From: Atractiella rhizophila
Taxonomy: Eukaryota
Length of the DNA: 51,291 nucleotides
Direction: 5' to 3'
Assembly (NCBI GenBank): GCA_021432655.1
Contig: MU271209.1
Location: 62,001-113,291, forward strand
Shown piece by piece: positions 19,461 through 36,627 of the stretch. Every line of letters begins with the position of its first letter. The stretch's first letter is position 1. Both the position numbers and the translations under genes were made by a program. Under the pieces are notes generated by a model. That model searched no databases and was not told where the DNA came from. It saw only the letters and a program-made list of their open reading frames with translations.

Positions 19461-19467
19461 TATAAAA
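19461..19467 (+). promoter_or_regulatory. TATA box
   Basis: TATAAAA 57 nt upstream of the ATG at 19518. Confidence 0.6.
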
Positions 19468-19517
19468 GGGGCTTGAATAGTATTCCACTTCTCAATCTCA
19501 AACCACAGCTTCGCAAG

Positions 19518-20034
19518 ATGAAGGTCACCAATTCTCTCCTCTTTTCAGCTGCTTGCCTCTTCCTCCAAGCCTCATCGAAAGCATTGCAAGCCGACTTCTT
19601 CTCAGACTCGGAGTGCGCCGTTTCCACTGGCGTTTCGTTCTTTGGCTCCACAAACTTGCACCTGAATCGTTGCACGACTCTCCCTGAAGCAGAGTGAGCT
19701 TTTGTTTGCTTTGAGATGTTGGTCCTTATCTTTACCGTGACCCAATAGTATAACCAACAGCGTGCGCGTGCAAAGAGGAGCGATCGCTCCTAATGGAGCA
19801 GCGTTCAAGGTTTTTCCTCCTTCCATATGTTCCCATCATGACATTCCGTTAATGCTTTTGTGTTTCTAGGTCAGATTGTACGCGAGCGTCGACGCATGTG
19901 GAGGCGAAGACTTTTTCCCTCCAAGCGATGATTTCCTTTACGATTTGGATGTGGACAGCACTTGTTTTCCAATCGAAGGGGTAAACGCTTATGCTTTCAT
20001 TCCATCAGACAACACGTCCACTGCACCTCTTTGA
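19518..20034 (+). CDS. Small secreted Cys-containing protein of unknown family (3 exons)
   Basis: Signal peptide MKVTNSLLFSAACLFLQASSKA. Two GT-AG introns give an open frame ending ..DSTCFPIEGVNAYAFIPSDNTSTAPL*. Four Cys in the mature part. Confidence 0.7.
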
Positions 20035-21081
20035 TGGAATCCGTGAATCAAATCAAATGCAGACTATCAACCCCATTCTCTTCTGTCAACCTCAAGACTG
20101 CAGAAGACGGAGGGTAGCATTATGATGTAACAGGATCTAAATTTGAGAATGGTACAATGTGAATGTTTTCTTGGATACCGCCAGTGAATCCTATAACCTG
20201 TCACAACGCTTTCCGCACGCATAAAGCTGGTTCTCAACACCGAGTGAGCATCGAATCGTTGGTTCTTAATCTGTGGTCAACGTATATTTGTGAACCACTT
20301 GGTTTTGTTTATTTTCCAGCTTTCCTTCTCGAGCGAGACGTATATTTCTATTCGAGGGCTTGCTGATGGCAAACCATTCAAGCTCTATCCTACACCAAAT
20401 TTCGCTCCTCCCAACGAGGATCCATTTTCAAACATCCGACCTGGATTTCCATTCCAGGGACCCAAAATTGTTCATCATCATGGAACCAAAAACAATCAAA
20501 CCACAATCAAAAGCCAAAATGAAAATCAAGTCGACATCGAGATCGAATCTGACGAAGAACCTCAATCCGAGACCGGAACCCTTTTTCTAACGAGGAGCAC
20601 AGAGACAAAGACAAAGCACAAAGCACAGATTGGACGAGATGAGATGAGCACTGAACTGACTTGAGGTGGACTGAATGAAAGAGTCCTTTTCTGTTTCTGA
20701 GGAGGAGAGGAGAGGAGGTGGATATGAGAACCTAGAAGAACGATGATGAGTTGTAGGGATGATTTGGGGACGATGAGATGGAGGACGAAAAGGTTCATCA
20801 AGTCAAGTCAAGCAAAGCAAGAAAGGGAAGGATGAAAAAATACGTTTAGAATAATTTCAACAACAGATAGAGCGGAGCGGATGAGATGCATGTGTTCAAA
20901 AGGTTCGATCGATAAAGCAACTTGAAAGCAAGCAAGCAGAAAGCAGAATCGAAGAAAAAGCATATATACCAAACAGACGTTCGGAAATTTTTTTGTTCGT
21001 GCGTTGACACGACTCCACGAGTTCCTGGGAGAAGGTGGCCCCGTGTCCGTCCTTCTCGTTTTAGATTTGAGGGATGTGAGA

Positions 21082-22650
21082 TCAAGCGACGTCATCCCAA
21101 GTAGCTGCTCCACTGAGTGAAAGCGGTTTCTGGGAATAAATCCACTTGGACTGTTCCTTTCCATCCAAGACCTCGCACCCGACATTCTCGAAGAAATGGG
21201 TAGGGAACCTATCCAAGAGATTGCCTTTGAAGTCCGGACCCATGCTGGTGAAGTCCGGACGGAAGTGCGCGTCGTGACAGATGATCCTCTGACAGTTTGT
21301 AGGTGGGAGGAGGATGATATCTCCTTCAGTAGGAGCTGAGGCAATGGGTGTATCCTGCCGCCGTTCCTCTTTTGAGCTCGAGCCAGTCATGACCTCGAGC
21401 AGTTCACGACCCTGTTCCGGTCCCCACCCCGTTCCAAAGATCCTGACCCTCCTCAACCTCCTAAAAGCGCTCCTAAACCTCTCCATCTCTCCATCGGATC
21501 CGACCTCTTCCCCTTTCCGCAATCTGCATCCTAACGCCCTCAAGACTCCCTTCGCGTTCCAATGCTCGCTCTTCCCCGCATTGATGACCAACGTCTCCAA
21601 GGTGGCGGGCAAGATTTTGATCGAGCTTCTCTCCTTCAAAGCATTGCCTCCCGTCTCTAAAAGGTGTTTCAACGACTCCATCTTTTCCAATAGGGGATCC
21701 AAAAATCCAACAAAACCGTGCCAGTAGGACTTCCAGTGGAGCGTCTCAAGAGAAGGGAGAACAGGTGAGAGAGCAGAGGAGAGGCTGGAAGGCGTGTAAA
21801 GCTCAGAGGAAGGGTGGATGAGTGCTAGAGAACGGAGAGAAGGGGAGAGGGTGAGGAAGAGGGAGGAAAGATCAGTCGGTGTTAGAGATGGCTCGTATAA
21901 CGCCAAGTGGGTGAGTGGAGCGAGACGACGGATGGGAGTTGGGCATCGGTCGTCGCAGAGCGATAGAGGAGACGGAGAGGACGACGGATCCGAACGAAGG
22001 TAGTGCACTGTGAGCTTGTCGAGGTTTGGAGCACAAGTGGAGATGGTCTCGAGGTCTTCGATCCCTATCCTTCCCACATGCGTGACACCATCATCTCCAT
22101 CGTCCGCCTTGAGAACGAGCTCTTTGAGATCATACAACTTCTCTTCTCCGCATCCAAAGATCAACGGGATATTGAAATCCACGATCCCCGCCGCTTGCCA
22201 ATAGATGCCTAGTTTCCTAATGCTGGAGAAGGCGGAGAGGAGTCTAGCCAGTGCGAAAGAGGCCACCTCTCCCCGATTCAAGTCCTTTCCCTCCTCCACC
22301 GGCTCCTCTGAATCGACCTCAAAGGTCCACCAGATCTCTTTTGACCTCCTCCGAATCTCCGTCCGCCCATCCACAGCGAAATCGACCAACTTCTGCGCGG
22401 CTTTGAGATCGAGATAGCCGTCCCGGACGAAAGAGGTCCCGGAGGAGACGCAGAGAGTGTGGAACCAACATTGGAGGGTGAGTGTGCGGAAGAGCTTGGA
22501 GACGAGAGAGAGGGAGCGGAGGGTGGTGTAGGCGTAGGATTGGGGGTGTGGCGAGTGCCAGATGGGAGATGAGATGGAGGAAGATGGTGGCAAGAGGAGA
22601 TTGAGGATGTGGCTGAGGAGCTCGATGGGCAGCGAATGGATGGATGCCAT
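21082..22650 (-). CDS. F-box-like protein with leucine-rich (RNI-like) C-terminus, single exon
   Basis: 522-aa ORF starting IHSLPIELLSHIL...TLRSLSLVSKLFR (F-box consensus), followed by LxxLxL repeats (LKELVL, LDKLTV, LTHLAL, LRSLAL, LETLHW). Confidence 0.75.
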   Translation of the reverse strand: MASIHSLPIELLSHILNLLLPPSSSISSPIWHSPHPQSYAYTTLRSLSLVSKLFRTLTLQCWFHTLCVSSGTSFVRDGYLDLKAAQKLVDFAVDGRTEIRRRSKEIWWTFEVDSEEPVEEGKDLNRGEVASFALARLLSAFSSIRKLGIYWQAAGIVDFNIPLIFGCGEEKLYDLKELVLKADDGDDGVTHVGRIGIEDLETISTCAPNLDKLTVHYLRSDPSSSPSPLSLCDDRCPTPIRRLAPLTHLALYEPSLTPTDLSSLFLTLSPSLRSLALIHPSSELYTPSSLSSALSPVLPSLETLHWKSYWHGFVGFLDPLLEKMESLKHLLETGGNALKERSSIKILPATLETLVINAGKSEHWNAKGVLRALGCRLRKGEEVGSDGEMERFRSAFRRLRRVRIFGTGWGPEQGRELLEVMTGSSSKEERRQDTPIASAPTEGDIILLPPTNCQRIICHDAHFRPDFTSMGPDFKGNLLDRFPTHFFENVGCEVLDGKEQSKWIYSQKPLSLSGAATWDDVA

Positions 22651-24959
22651 CTAGGCGTACAGCTTGTCAGCTTTGATTCTCACAAAAAAGATGAACTCAC
22701 GATGTGATAGGAATCAGGATGGCGAAGAGATAACTGGAGGACGCGTCTTGGATGAGCGGCGTGGCGAGATGAAAAAAGAAAGAGAAAATCACACCTTTTA
22801 TGCTCCGTCGACGTCGAACGTATTACGGCACTTCTCGCCTTGACCTGACGAGGGAAAGACCCCGAATCTGTCAATAAGGTATTGAGGCGAAAATCCCAAT
22901 CCGAATATAGGGGAGATGGAACGCAAGGCGCGTCGAGGGAAACCGAAAACTGAAAACCGCAACTGGCACTGAAAACTGAAAACAGTGACTGAAAATCAGG
23001 GGCCAACAGGTGACCGACGGCGATTCAGCCTGAGGTTAATCTTGCGATGCACGGTCAGGGGACGCGTCAGAAGGTGTTGGAGGTGCTGTGAGAGGTATTA
23101 ATAAGTGGACGAGTGAATGGTAGAGAAAAAATAGGCGATTGGCGGAGAAAGTGGGAGAGCAATGGCATAAGACGGCTTACCCAAGCGAGAGGGGTAGGAC
23201 ACACGAGATGGGGAGATAACAGGGCAGATAGAGATAGACGACAGTCCCGATTGACGATCGATCGTCCGATTCGAGCTGACACTCGAACAAGCTGAGCTGC
23301 AAACCAAACGAAACGGAGGAGAAGGAGGAGGGTGATGTTTTTATCGCCCTCCTATGCCGCGATTCCCTGCAAATTTACGTCCTCCAGTTAGAGCGTCCAC
23401 TGGCCCCAAAATGAAACTGGCAGCACCCCAAATGTGGCACAAGCACTGATAACACTCCCCAACTCGAATTCAAGACCCAATATTCAAGTAGAATGCAAGG
23501 TCAAGGGGAATTGTCGAATTGAAGGCCAAAGAATAGTGGAGAAATGAAGAAATGAAGCAGGGATAGAATGAGTGTGCAGTCTAATAAATCGAATGGAATA
23601 AACAGGCCAGTGAAAGTGTTGGTGGGCCCTCCGAACGAAAGATTAGTACGAATTGGAGAAGAGGAGATGAGGAACTCTCCCTCAAAACATCAACTGACTT
23701 CAAAACTGGAAGTTGGTGGGGAAACAGCAAAATGTTTCGCCCTTTTGGCACCTTTTGGAGGTTGAAATGACCTTCAAGGGTTTATATCAGCGTCCATATG
23801 ACTTATATACGCCAGGCGCAAACTACCGTATCATCGCCTACTTCTTCCAATTGCAACCCCCGTCCCGCCAATCCACACCAAGCATCCGATATCACACACC
23901 ACCGTAGCCCTCACTCTCGATCAGACCTTGCCCTTATCCCATTCAAGGAGCGGTATCCAGTAGATACCGCACACATGGCTCTCCTCCAAAGTCTCCAAAG
24001 GGCAACCAACCGACCGACGCCCTCCAAATCTGTCTTGGTTAGTCGGCCACGCAAGATCGGACAAGAGGCCTGGGAAAAACAGAAAGAAACCACACATGCC
24101 TCTCCCCTTTCCATCTCCACCTCTTCTCCCGGTCCATCACCTTTCTCAGCCTGGAACAGATCTGCTACAGATTCTCACCAGATCTGGCAATTTGGCAATT
24201 CAATTAGGGGTCGGGCTAAAATGCCCGCTTATCCGCGGTTGCACTTGTAATTCGATTGTGCTTCCTTGTCCCTTGTACTTTATTTTCTCGTATCTCTCCT
24301 TTTTGACTTGGTTGTTGAGAGGTGGAAGGAACGGCTCGTGCAGACGAGGTCCTTCGATCTCTCGCGTAATGAAATTAATCTTACGGCGACGACCAACCTG
24401 AATACCAACGTTGCACCATTCACCATTGCACCACACCTCGCGCGAATTCACACCACTCCAAGGTAACCGAACAAAGTAAGTGAAGAAAGACTCAAATGAT
24501 GAGAAGAGAAGGGAGAAGGGAAGAAGAAGAGGTGGCAGCGACACATCTTGGTGCGGCTCACAATGAACTGGAGAAGGACTAAATGGACCGCTATGACGAC
24601 CTATGCTAAATATCCGAGTCGAACGAGGATGGAGGAGATGAGAAAGTGGTGAAGGAGAGGAGAGAAATTGGAAAGGGTCGTTATTATCGAGAGAGATATA
24701 CATATGTCGTTTTCTTAAATGGATAGGTGAGAATCAACAGAAAAAGGCGGGAAAGGTAAAAAGCTTAAAATAAGCAGACGGAAGAAATGAAATAGAAATC
24801 CGAACTCGAAATGTTCTCTCGACCAAGAAGGTAAAGGGAAGAAGTACCAGCGACTCTGCGCTTTGACTGAAGGGGGTACCCGGTTGCGACATAAGAGCAA
24901 GCCGGTGGGACCGAATGGAGCCAGTGGATTGAGACGCCGACAGGAAACGAGGGAGCACC

Positions 24960-27082
24960 TTAATTCGTGCGAAGAAATCCTTTCTTCTTTTGCTACAAAC
25001 AAAATCACGTCATTCAGCGGAGGCGGAGAGAAGGAGAATAGGGGAATAGGGGACGACCGGGATAGGGGGCCTTGGATTGGCTGACGCACCTTTTCGGGTG
25101 TAAGCGGTCTGCCACTCTCCAACCTCTTCTTCTTGTCCTCCAAATCCAACTTCTGCTTCTCCAGCCTAATCTCCAATCAATCAATCACGCAACCCTGAAA
25201 GGAAAGGAGGGGAGGGCGACGTACGCTTCTTTCATCTCCCTGTGCCTTGCGTAAAGCTCTTCCTCGCTCTGCTTCAATTTGGCCTCCTTCTCGTTCACCT
25301 TCTGTTGGAAGACCATCTTCATCTCGGCCTCCATCTTTGCCAGTTTGGCATCGTGGAGCGATCTCTCTTCCGCCATCTTCGCCGCCGGGCTATAACCAAA
25401 CGAGGCATCAGCATCCTGAGCACGAATGGATACCGAGGAATGAGGAAGGAACTGACTTGATTTCCTTGAACACACTGTGATCCTGGGTCACACCCATTCC
25501 CAACAATTTCTCCGACCTGTAATTCTCGTACAGGACGTTGTTGGTGTGCTCCTTCAGTTCCTCCATATGGGTCCTGATGAGCATCTGTCGGAGCTTGACG
25601 AAGTCGCAGTGGTCTTCATTATCGACCTCAATCACTCCCCACGGGTAACGACGACCCCGAACTTGCCGTCCATCATCCGTGCCGACGATGTAGTCTGAGC
25701 CGACGATCGCAAAAGGAATCTTGCGCTGAATCACGTAGCCGCTTGTGAGTTTCAGCGGGTTTAAGGGGAGGGTGGAACGCACGATAATTTCCTCGTGCTC
25801 GGCAATCGTCTCCTCATCCTCATTCTCGTATTTCGGAGCCTGATAAATCTGAATGTTGTGAAACGCGATGTCGGAAAGAATCTAAGTTTGATATCAGTCA
25901 GCCAGTTTTCAGAAGAATGCAGTGTAGAAAGCTTACTCGGGTCTTGAAAGCATTAATCTCGTCCTCAGTCATAGTATCGGCCTTAGCAATCACGGGAATG
26001 AGGTTGACTTTGGTATGAAGACGGCGCATGAACTCGATATCGACGGGCTTTAACCTACCCTCCACAACAAATCATGCCCGATAGTCAGCCTCGGCTTGCA
26101 CCGGATTCGTTTTAACGAGAGCGGAGAGGAGAACGCACGAGTGACCAGTGGGCTCGATAAAGTAGATGCAAGCATGAACCCTGTTGTCGACAAGCTTGTT
26201 CCTGTTGACACGATTCTCTTGCTCGAGATAAGCGTCGAAACGAGCCTCGATGTTGTCCAAGATCGGCTTCCAGCTGAGTCGGGCAAAACTATTCAATCCC
26301 ACTTTTCTTCCCAAGAAGGAATACGGACCTCTCGTCGTTGTTAACAAAGTCACCAAAGCCAGGCGTGTCGACAACTGTCAGCCTCAGCCTCACACCATTC
26401 TCCTCAATATCTGAGCACCAAAACGCCGTCAATTTCCCAACTCTTCCAACTGAGGGCTAAAAGACCAACGGACCTGCACTAATGTTCTCAATCGCCACGG
26501 TCTTGGGTTTCTCTTCATTCGGTGGCAGAGGTTCCTTCTTAGGGTAAAGTCTCGTGTTGAAGAGGGTATTGATAAGTGTCGACTTTCCAAGACCGGACTC
26601 TCCGACGACCATGCAAGTGAAGTGGAATCCCCTTCGGACGGACTGACGCGCAGAGAATAAGAGCCAGATAGAGAGTGACCTGGAGAAGAGGACAAACCTT
26701 GCGATGAACTTGGTTGGGCAGGTTGGCAACTGTGAACAAAGAAATTGTAGGCGTCAGTTTCTCCGTCACCCAAAAGCGTTGGAACCTGCAGAAAGGGCAG
26801 AGACCAATAAAGTCTCAAGGCTGAAACACTTCCCACCCGCTTCATGTGGCAGCGGTATTGCGCGCTTTGTTGTCTTTGCATTCCCTCCTTTTTCGTGTAT
26901 CAATTTCCGGAGGCTTTCTAGCCTTGATTTACAGCTCTCCCGCACCAACCGCCTCAAAAAAAAACAAGTATTCAAAGGGACTCACATCCAACATAACCCA
27001 TCAACTTTTTCCTGACGACATTAATCGTATGCTGTCTGTCCTCCGCCGCCTCCACACCGTTGGTCTCTCCATTATAAGACAT
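24960..27082 (-). CDS. CDC3: Septin, Cdc3/SEPT7-type (complete copy)
   Basis: [28 protein letters not shown]-loop [35 protein letters not shown]-terminal coiled coil [32 protein letters not shown], ends [10 protein letters not shown]. Confidence 0.92.
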
Positions 27083-27494
27083 GTTTGTCCAAAAGACTCA
27101 GATGGGAAAAATCGAGTTCGAAGTTGTTTCGTTCGAGATTCGAGAAGGAAGGTAGATTTTTAGCCTAGAAGGTCGGTGCAGATACCCAACAAAATTTCGC
27201 GACTCGAGCCCTAGTACTTTTGCGCCTTCCCAAAGACAGGGATGGTGGGTTTGGCAAGAAATGAAAAGGAGAATATGGACCTCGTTGGTGTTGGTGGTGA
27301 AAGAAGAGGCTTTCTCCCGCTAACTTTCGGAACCGAACCCAACGACACGTCGGGTTGAACTCAATTTTCTTTCTCCTCTCTTTCAATTCTCTCAGGTCTC
27401 TTAGACGTCATAGGTGCGTAGATAATGAAAATTGCTGTAATTTGGCATTTCAATCAGCGTAATAGACCGAGTATTAACCAAGATATAGCATAAA

Positions 27495-27676
27495 ATGGTT
27501 CAGTTCGAGGTTTGCTGTTACTCACTGCACTCTTGCATGGTCGCCTCCACTTCGGCGCACGTCTCTCGCATCGAATTATGCTCCTCTCCTCCGTCTGGTG
27601 GCCTCACACCATCCACCGGTCTCGTTCAACTGGTACGGAGTCGCACATCCCTTCCCATATCAGTCATGATCCGTCC
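27495..27676 (+). pseudogene. Truncated 5' copy of CutC
   Basis: Matches the first ~60 codons of 29426-30196, then is cut at the duplication junction after VMIRP. Confidence 0.85.
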
Positions 27677-29013
27677 AGTTTCAGCGGGTTTAAGGGGAGG
27701 GTGGAACGCACGATAATTTCCTCGTGCTCGGCAATCGTCTCCTCATCCTCATTCTCGTATTTCGGAGCCTGATAAATCTGAATGTTGTGAAACGCGATGT
27801 CGGAAAGAATCTAAGTTTGATATCAGTCAGCCAGTTTTCAGAAGAAAATGCAGTGTAGAAAGCTTACTCGGGTCTTGAAAGCATTAATCTCGTCCTCAGT
27901 CATAGTATCGGCCTTAGCAATCACGGGAATGAGGTTGACTTTGGTATGAAGACGGCGCATGAACTCGATATCGACGGGCTTTAACCTACCCTCCACAACA
28001 AATCATGCCCGATAGTCAGCCTCGGCTTGCACCGGATTGGTTTTAACAAGAGGGGAAGAGTAGAACGCACGAGTGACCAGTCGGCTCGATAAAGTAGATG
28101 CAAGCATGAACCCTGTTGTCGACAAGCTTGTTCCTGTTGACACGATTCTCTTGCTCGAGATAAGCGTCGAAACGAGCCTCGATGTTGTCCAAGATCGGCT
28201 TCCAGCTGAGTGGGCAAAATTACTCAATCCCACTTTTCTTCCCAAGAAGGAATACGGACCTCTCGTCGTTGTTAACAAAGTCACCAAAGCCAGGCGTGTC
28301 GACAACTGTCAGCCTCAGCCTCACACCATTCTCCTCAATATCTGAGCACCAAAACGCCGTCAATTTCCCAACTCTTCCAACTGAGGGCTAAAAGACCAAC
28401 GGACCTGCACTAATGTTCTCAATCGCCACGGTCTTGGGTTTCTCTTCATTCGGTGGCAGAGGTTCCTTCTTAGGGTAAAGTCTCGTGTTGAAGAGGGTAT
28501 TGATAAGTGTCGACTTTCCAAGACCGGACTCTCCGACGACCATGCAAGTGAAGTGGAATCCCCTTCGGACGGACTGACGCGCAGAGAATAAGAGCCAGAT
28601 AGAGAGTGACCTGGAGAAGAGGACAAACCTTGCGATGAACTTGGTTGGGCAGGTTGGCAACTGTGAACAAAGAAATTGTAGGCGTCAGTTTCTCCGTCAC
28701 CCAAAAGCGTTGGAACCTGCAGAAAGGGCAGAGACCAATAAAGTCTCAAGGCTGAAACACTTCCCACCCGCTTCATGTGGCAGCGGTATTGCGCGCTTTG
28801 TTGTCTTTGCATTCCCTCCTTTTTCGTGTATCAATTTCCGGAGGCTTTCTAGCCTTGATTTACAGCTCTCCCGCACCAACCGCCTCAAAAAAAAACAAGT
28901 ATTCAAAGGGACTCACATCCAACATAACCCATCAACTTTTTCCTGACGACATTAATCGTATGCTGTCTGTCCTCCGCCGCCTCCACACCGTTGGTCTCTC
29001 CATTATAAGACAT
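27677..29013 (-). pseudogene. Truncated copy of the Cdc3 septin gene lacking the 3' exons
   Basis: Duplicates 25748-27082 and ends inside an intron at the junction. Confidence 0.85.
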
Positions 29014-29425
29014 GTTTGTCCAAAAGACTCAGATGGGAAAAATCGAGTTCGAAGTTGTTTCGTTCGAGATTCGAGAAGGAAGGTAGATTTTTAGCCTAGA
29101 AGGTCGGTGCAGATACCCAACAAAATTTCGCGACTCGAGCCCTAGTACTTTTGCGCCTTCCCAAAGACAGGGATGGTGGGTTTGGCAAGAAATGAAAAGG
29201 AGAATATGGACCTCGTTGGTGTTGGTGGTGAAAGAAGAGGCTTTCTCCCGCTAACTTTCGGAACCGAACCCAACGACACGTCGGGTTGAACTCAATTTTC
29301 TTTCTCCTCTCTTTCAATTCTCTCAGGTCTCTTAGACGTCATAGGTGCGTAGATAATGTAAATTGCTGTAATTTGGCATTTCAATCAGCGTAATAGACCG
29401 AGTATTAACCAAGATATAGCATAAA

Positions 29426-30196
29426 ATGGTTCAGTTCGAGGTTTGCTGTTACTCACTGCACTCTTGCATGGTCGCCTCCACTTCGGCGCACGTCTCTCGC
29501 ATCGAATTATGCTCCTCTCCTCCGTCAGGAGGCCTCACTCCATCCACCGGTCTCGTTCAACTGGTACAGAGTCGCACATCCCTTCCCATATCAGTCATGA
29601 TCCGTCCCCGAGGAGGTGACTTCCTCTACTCCTCTCTCGAATTCGAAGTCATGCGTTCCGACATCCTCTCCCTCAAGTCCCATCTTTCCGTCGAGAAAGG
29701 AGACGGGTTCGTTCTTGGACTTCTGCGGAAGGATGGGACGGTGGACATTGAGCGCACGAAGGAGCTGGTCGAGCTAGCCCGACCTTTTCCTGTCACCTTC
29801 CATCGAGCCATCGACATGAGTTCGGATCATCTCCAGGCTTTAGAAGCAATTATTGCGAGCGGTTGTCGGCGAATACTCTCATCTGGACAGTCCCCCACGG
29901 CAGCGGAAGGAATCGATGTATTGCGGTCGTTGGTCGATGGGGCCAGGGGAAGAATAGAAATTATGGCTGGTGCAGGGGTGAATGGGAGGAATGTGGAAGA
30001 GATAGTACGCACGGGCGTAGACGCGGTCCATGCGAGCGCGAGTGTTACGGTGGAGAGTGGGATGGAGTTTCGGCAGGCGAAGGTTGGCATGGCGAGCAAA
30101 GGGGAAGTGGACGAATGGACCTGGAGTGAAGCAGGAGCTGAAAAGATTGAAGCCATTGGAAGGGCTTTAGAGCAGCTGAATAACAATGTAAAATGA
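29426..30196 (+). CDS. cutC: Copper homeostasis protein CutC, intronless
   Basis: EVCC, RIELCS..GGLTPS.G, VMIRPRGGDFLYS, VTFHRAID, RILSSGQ, IMAGAGVN, all typical of CutC. Confidence 0.95.
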   Translation: MVQFEVCCYSLHSCMVASTSAHVSRIELCSSPPSGGLTPSTGLVQLVQSRTSLPISVMIRPRGGDFLYSSLEFEVMRSDILSLKSHLSVEKGDGFVLGLLRKDGTVDIERTKELVELARPFPVTFHRAIDMSSDHLQALEAIIASGCRRILSSGQSPTAAEGIDVLRSLVDGARGRIEIMAGAGVNGRNVEEIVRTGVDAVHASASVTVESGMEFRQAKVGMASKGEVDEWTWSEAGAEKIEAIGRALEQLNNNVK

Positions 30197-31492
30197 TAAT
30201 TAGTGCTTACCTATTTTCGAAGTTTCGACGGAAACTTATCAATCTCAATGACCCCATTGATCTCAGAAATTTGTCACCCCATTCACTCAGGCAATCTGGA
30301 TGTGTTTCGCACAAATAAACACCTAACTTCAACATCGATCGATCATCGTTCAAGCTTTTCAAGTCTCGAGCGCCGTATCTCCAGAAAACAACCCACATCC
30401 AAAAGGGGATACTGTAGCTGGTTAGAAATCCCGACAGCCTGATGTGGAATTCGAATCGAACCGAGAGAAGCGAGGTGCAAGCGTAAGGTGGTAATCTAAT
30501 TTTCTTCCTCTCCTCCTCTCCGAAAACGAAAACAAAGAGAAGAGATGGACATCCGATTTGGTATGAAGGGAAACGGTTGGAGGTGGTCATGCACCCTTTT
30601 GGTTCCGTCTGCAACGAATCATGGGGGCAAACACCACAGTCGTCGGTCGTCCACCTTTTGCTGCTCTCTTGCTTCGGTTCAGCATCCTTACGAGTACTAC
30701 TGGCTAAAGAGAGGAGGTTAGACGAAGTTAAGAGCTGGGCTCGTAAATATCATGATTAGTAACATTCGAGTAAACAAAATTTGAATGATCCAGCTGGAGC
30801 TTTGAGTAACGGCACATTTGTTGTCGTTTGGTATTTTTTAAATCCCGAGGGAATATCACAACGAGGGTAATGAAGGTAATGAGGTAAGGGACAGGTAAGT
30901 ATGGAATATGAATCTGTTGCTTGTGACGACACTTGCACAAAAGACGTATCACAGTAAATTAGACAAACCGATGGATAGCTGATATCTTACGATATCAAAT
31001 GGAAAAGAAATATTATTCATTCTACAGCCTTTCTCGTCAAATTCACAGGGAAAGACAGATAACTTGGAGTCATGGAAAATTCAACAAACGCGAAAGTGTG
31101 CGATGGAACAATAAAACCTTTCCAATCACAGTCGGTAACAACAAAGGTGATCAACCATTGGTGGAAGCACTCAAGGTTCGAGCAGCTCGACAACCAATGG
31201 GATTGTTGAGAACTCCCTGTGACTCGCTGAAAAAAGGAAAAATATTTTTTGAGCACACACCGTGAGCCTAGATACGCATTGCACCACCTCTTTTTCGTCG
31301 CTCTTAACAACCTGCTGTCCCAAAAAGCTCGCCTCAACATCTAGCCAGGCCTAACTTTCCCAGTTTCCCCAATCCGAACCAGGCAGTTCAAGTGAACAGA
31401 CCGCAGTTGCCTCAGTTTGGTTTATCATCGACTATCAGCTTGCTATCAGTGCATTCCAAACCCCAAATTTTAGCGGACCGAAAAAAGCATTC

Positions 31493-35975
<4,483 letters not shown>

Positions 35976-36627
35976 ATTTGTTAAACACTATTTATCGCAT
36001 CGCAGAAGTTTCAACAACCGCATTTGTATCTTCAACAACGATACTTCCAGCTCACCTCATTTTCTTGCGCTCGCTGGGCTGTCCCTCTTCCTTCAACGGG
36101 AATTTCCACCGTTTCAACAACTCCGTACCAAAAGAAATCTAATAGAAATGTGTACACTAGGGAATGCATCTAGACTTCAATCAGGCAGCCTCTTCTAGAG
36201 CGCCCGGGGAATGACAAGCTGGTAAACGTACCAATGGACGGCTCCCTAGCTGAGAAGTCATCGTCTCACTGAATTATAACGCCTGCTTGAGAACCATCTA
36301 GTGATGCTAGCCCAGCATGCCGAAATGTGGACAAAACTTCAGTTTGATGAGAGATTATCAGCCCTTCTCATTTTATCTCGATATTGCATTGTGCATAACT
36401 TGCAGGACATGAGTCGATTCAATCAATGGCATTGTCAGTCTGCTTTCACGTCACGCTTTCAGTACGTTCAGTACCACCTTTGTAATAACCTCAGGAAATC
36501 AAGTACATAAAAATCTGCAACGAACTTGAATTTGAATAACAATTAACCACTAGAGGAAATCCGTCCAACAGAACAAGCAGCCCAAATAAACATACATTTC
36601 GAGAAAATGCACTAGATTTCGAAACAC

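Larger units (their letters stand above)
25748..29607. repeat. Head-to-tail tandem duplication: unit 1 25748-27676, unit 2 27677-29607 (~1.93 kb)
   Basis: Identical ORF sets offset by 1931 nt. Junction ATGATCCGTCC|AGTTTCAGCGGG at 27676/27677. Confidence 0.97.

Noticed and set aside
20290..20664. 124-aa + strand ORF with nearby splice-like signals
   Set aside because: No ATG start and no recognisable domain; I could not build a credible gene model.
22680..24950. Many short overlapping ORFs between the F-box gene and the septin
   Set aside because: Low-complexity, UTR-like sequence with no motifs or consistent exon chain.
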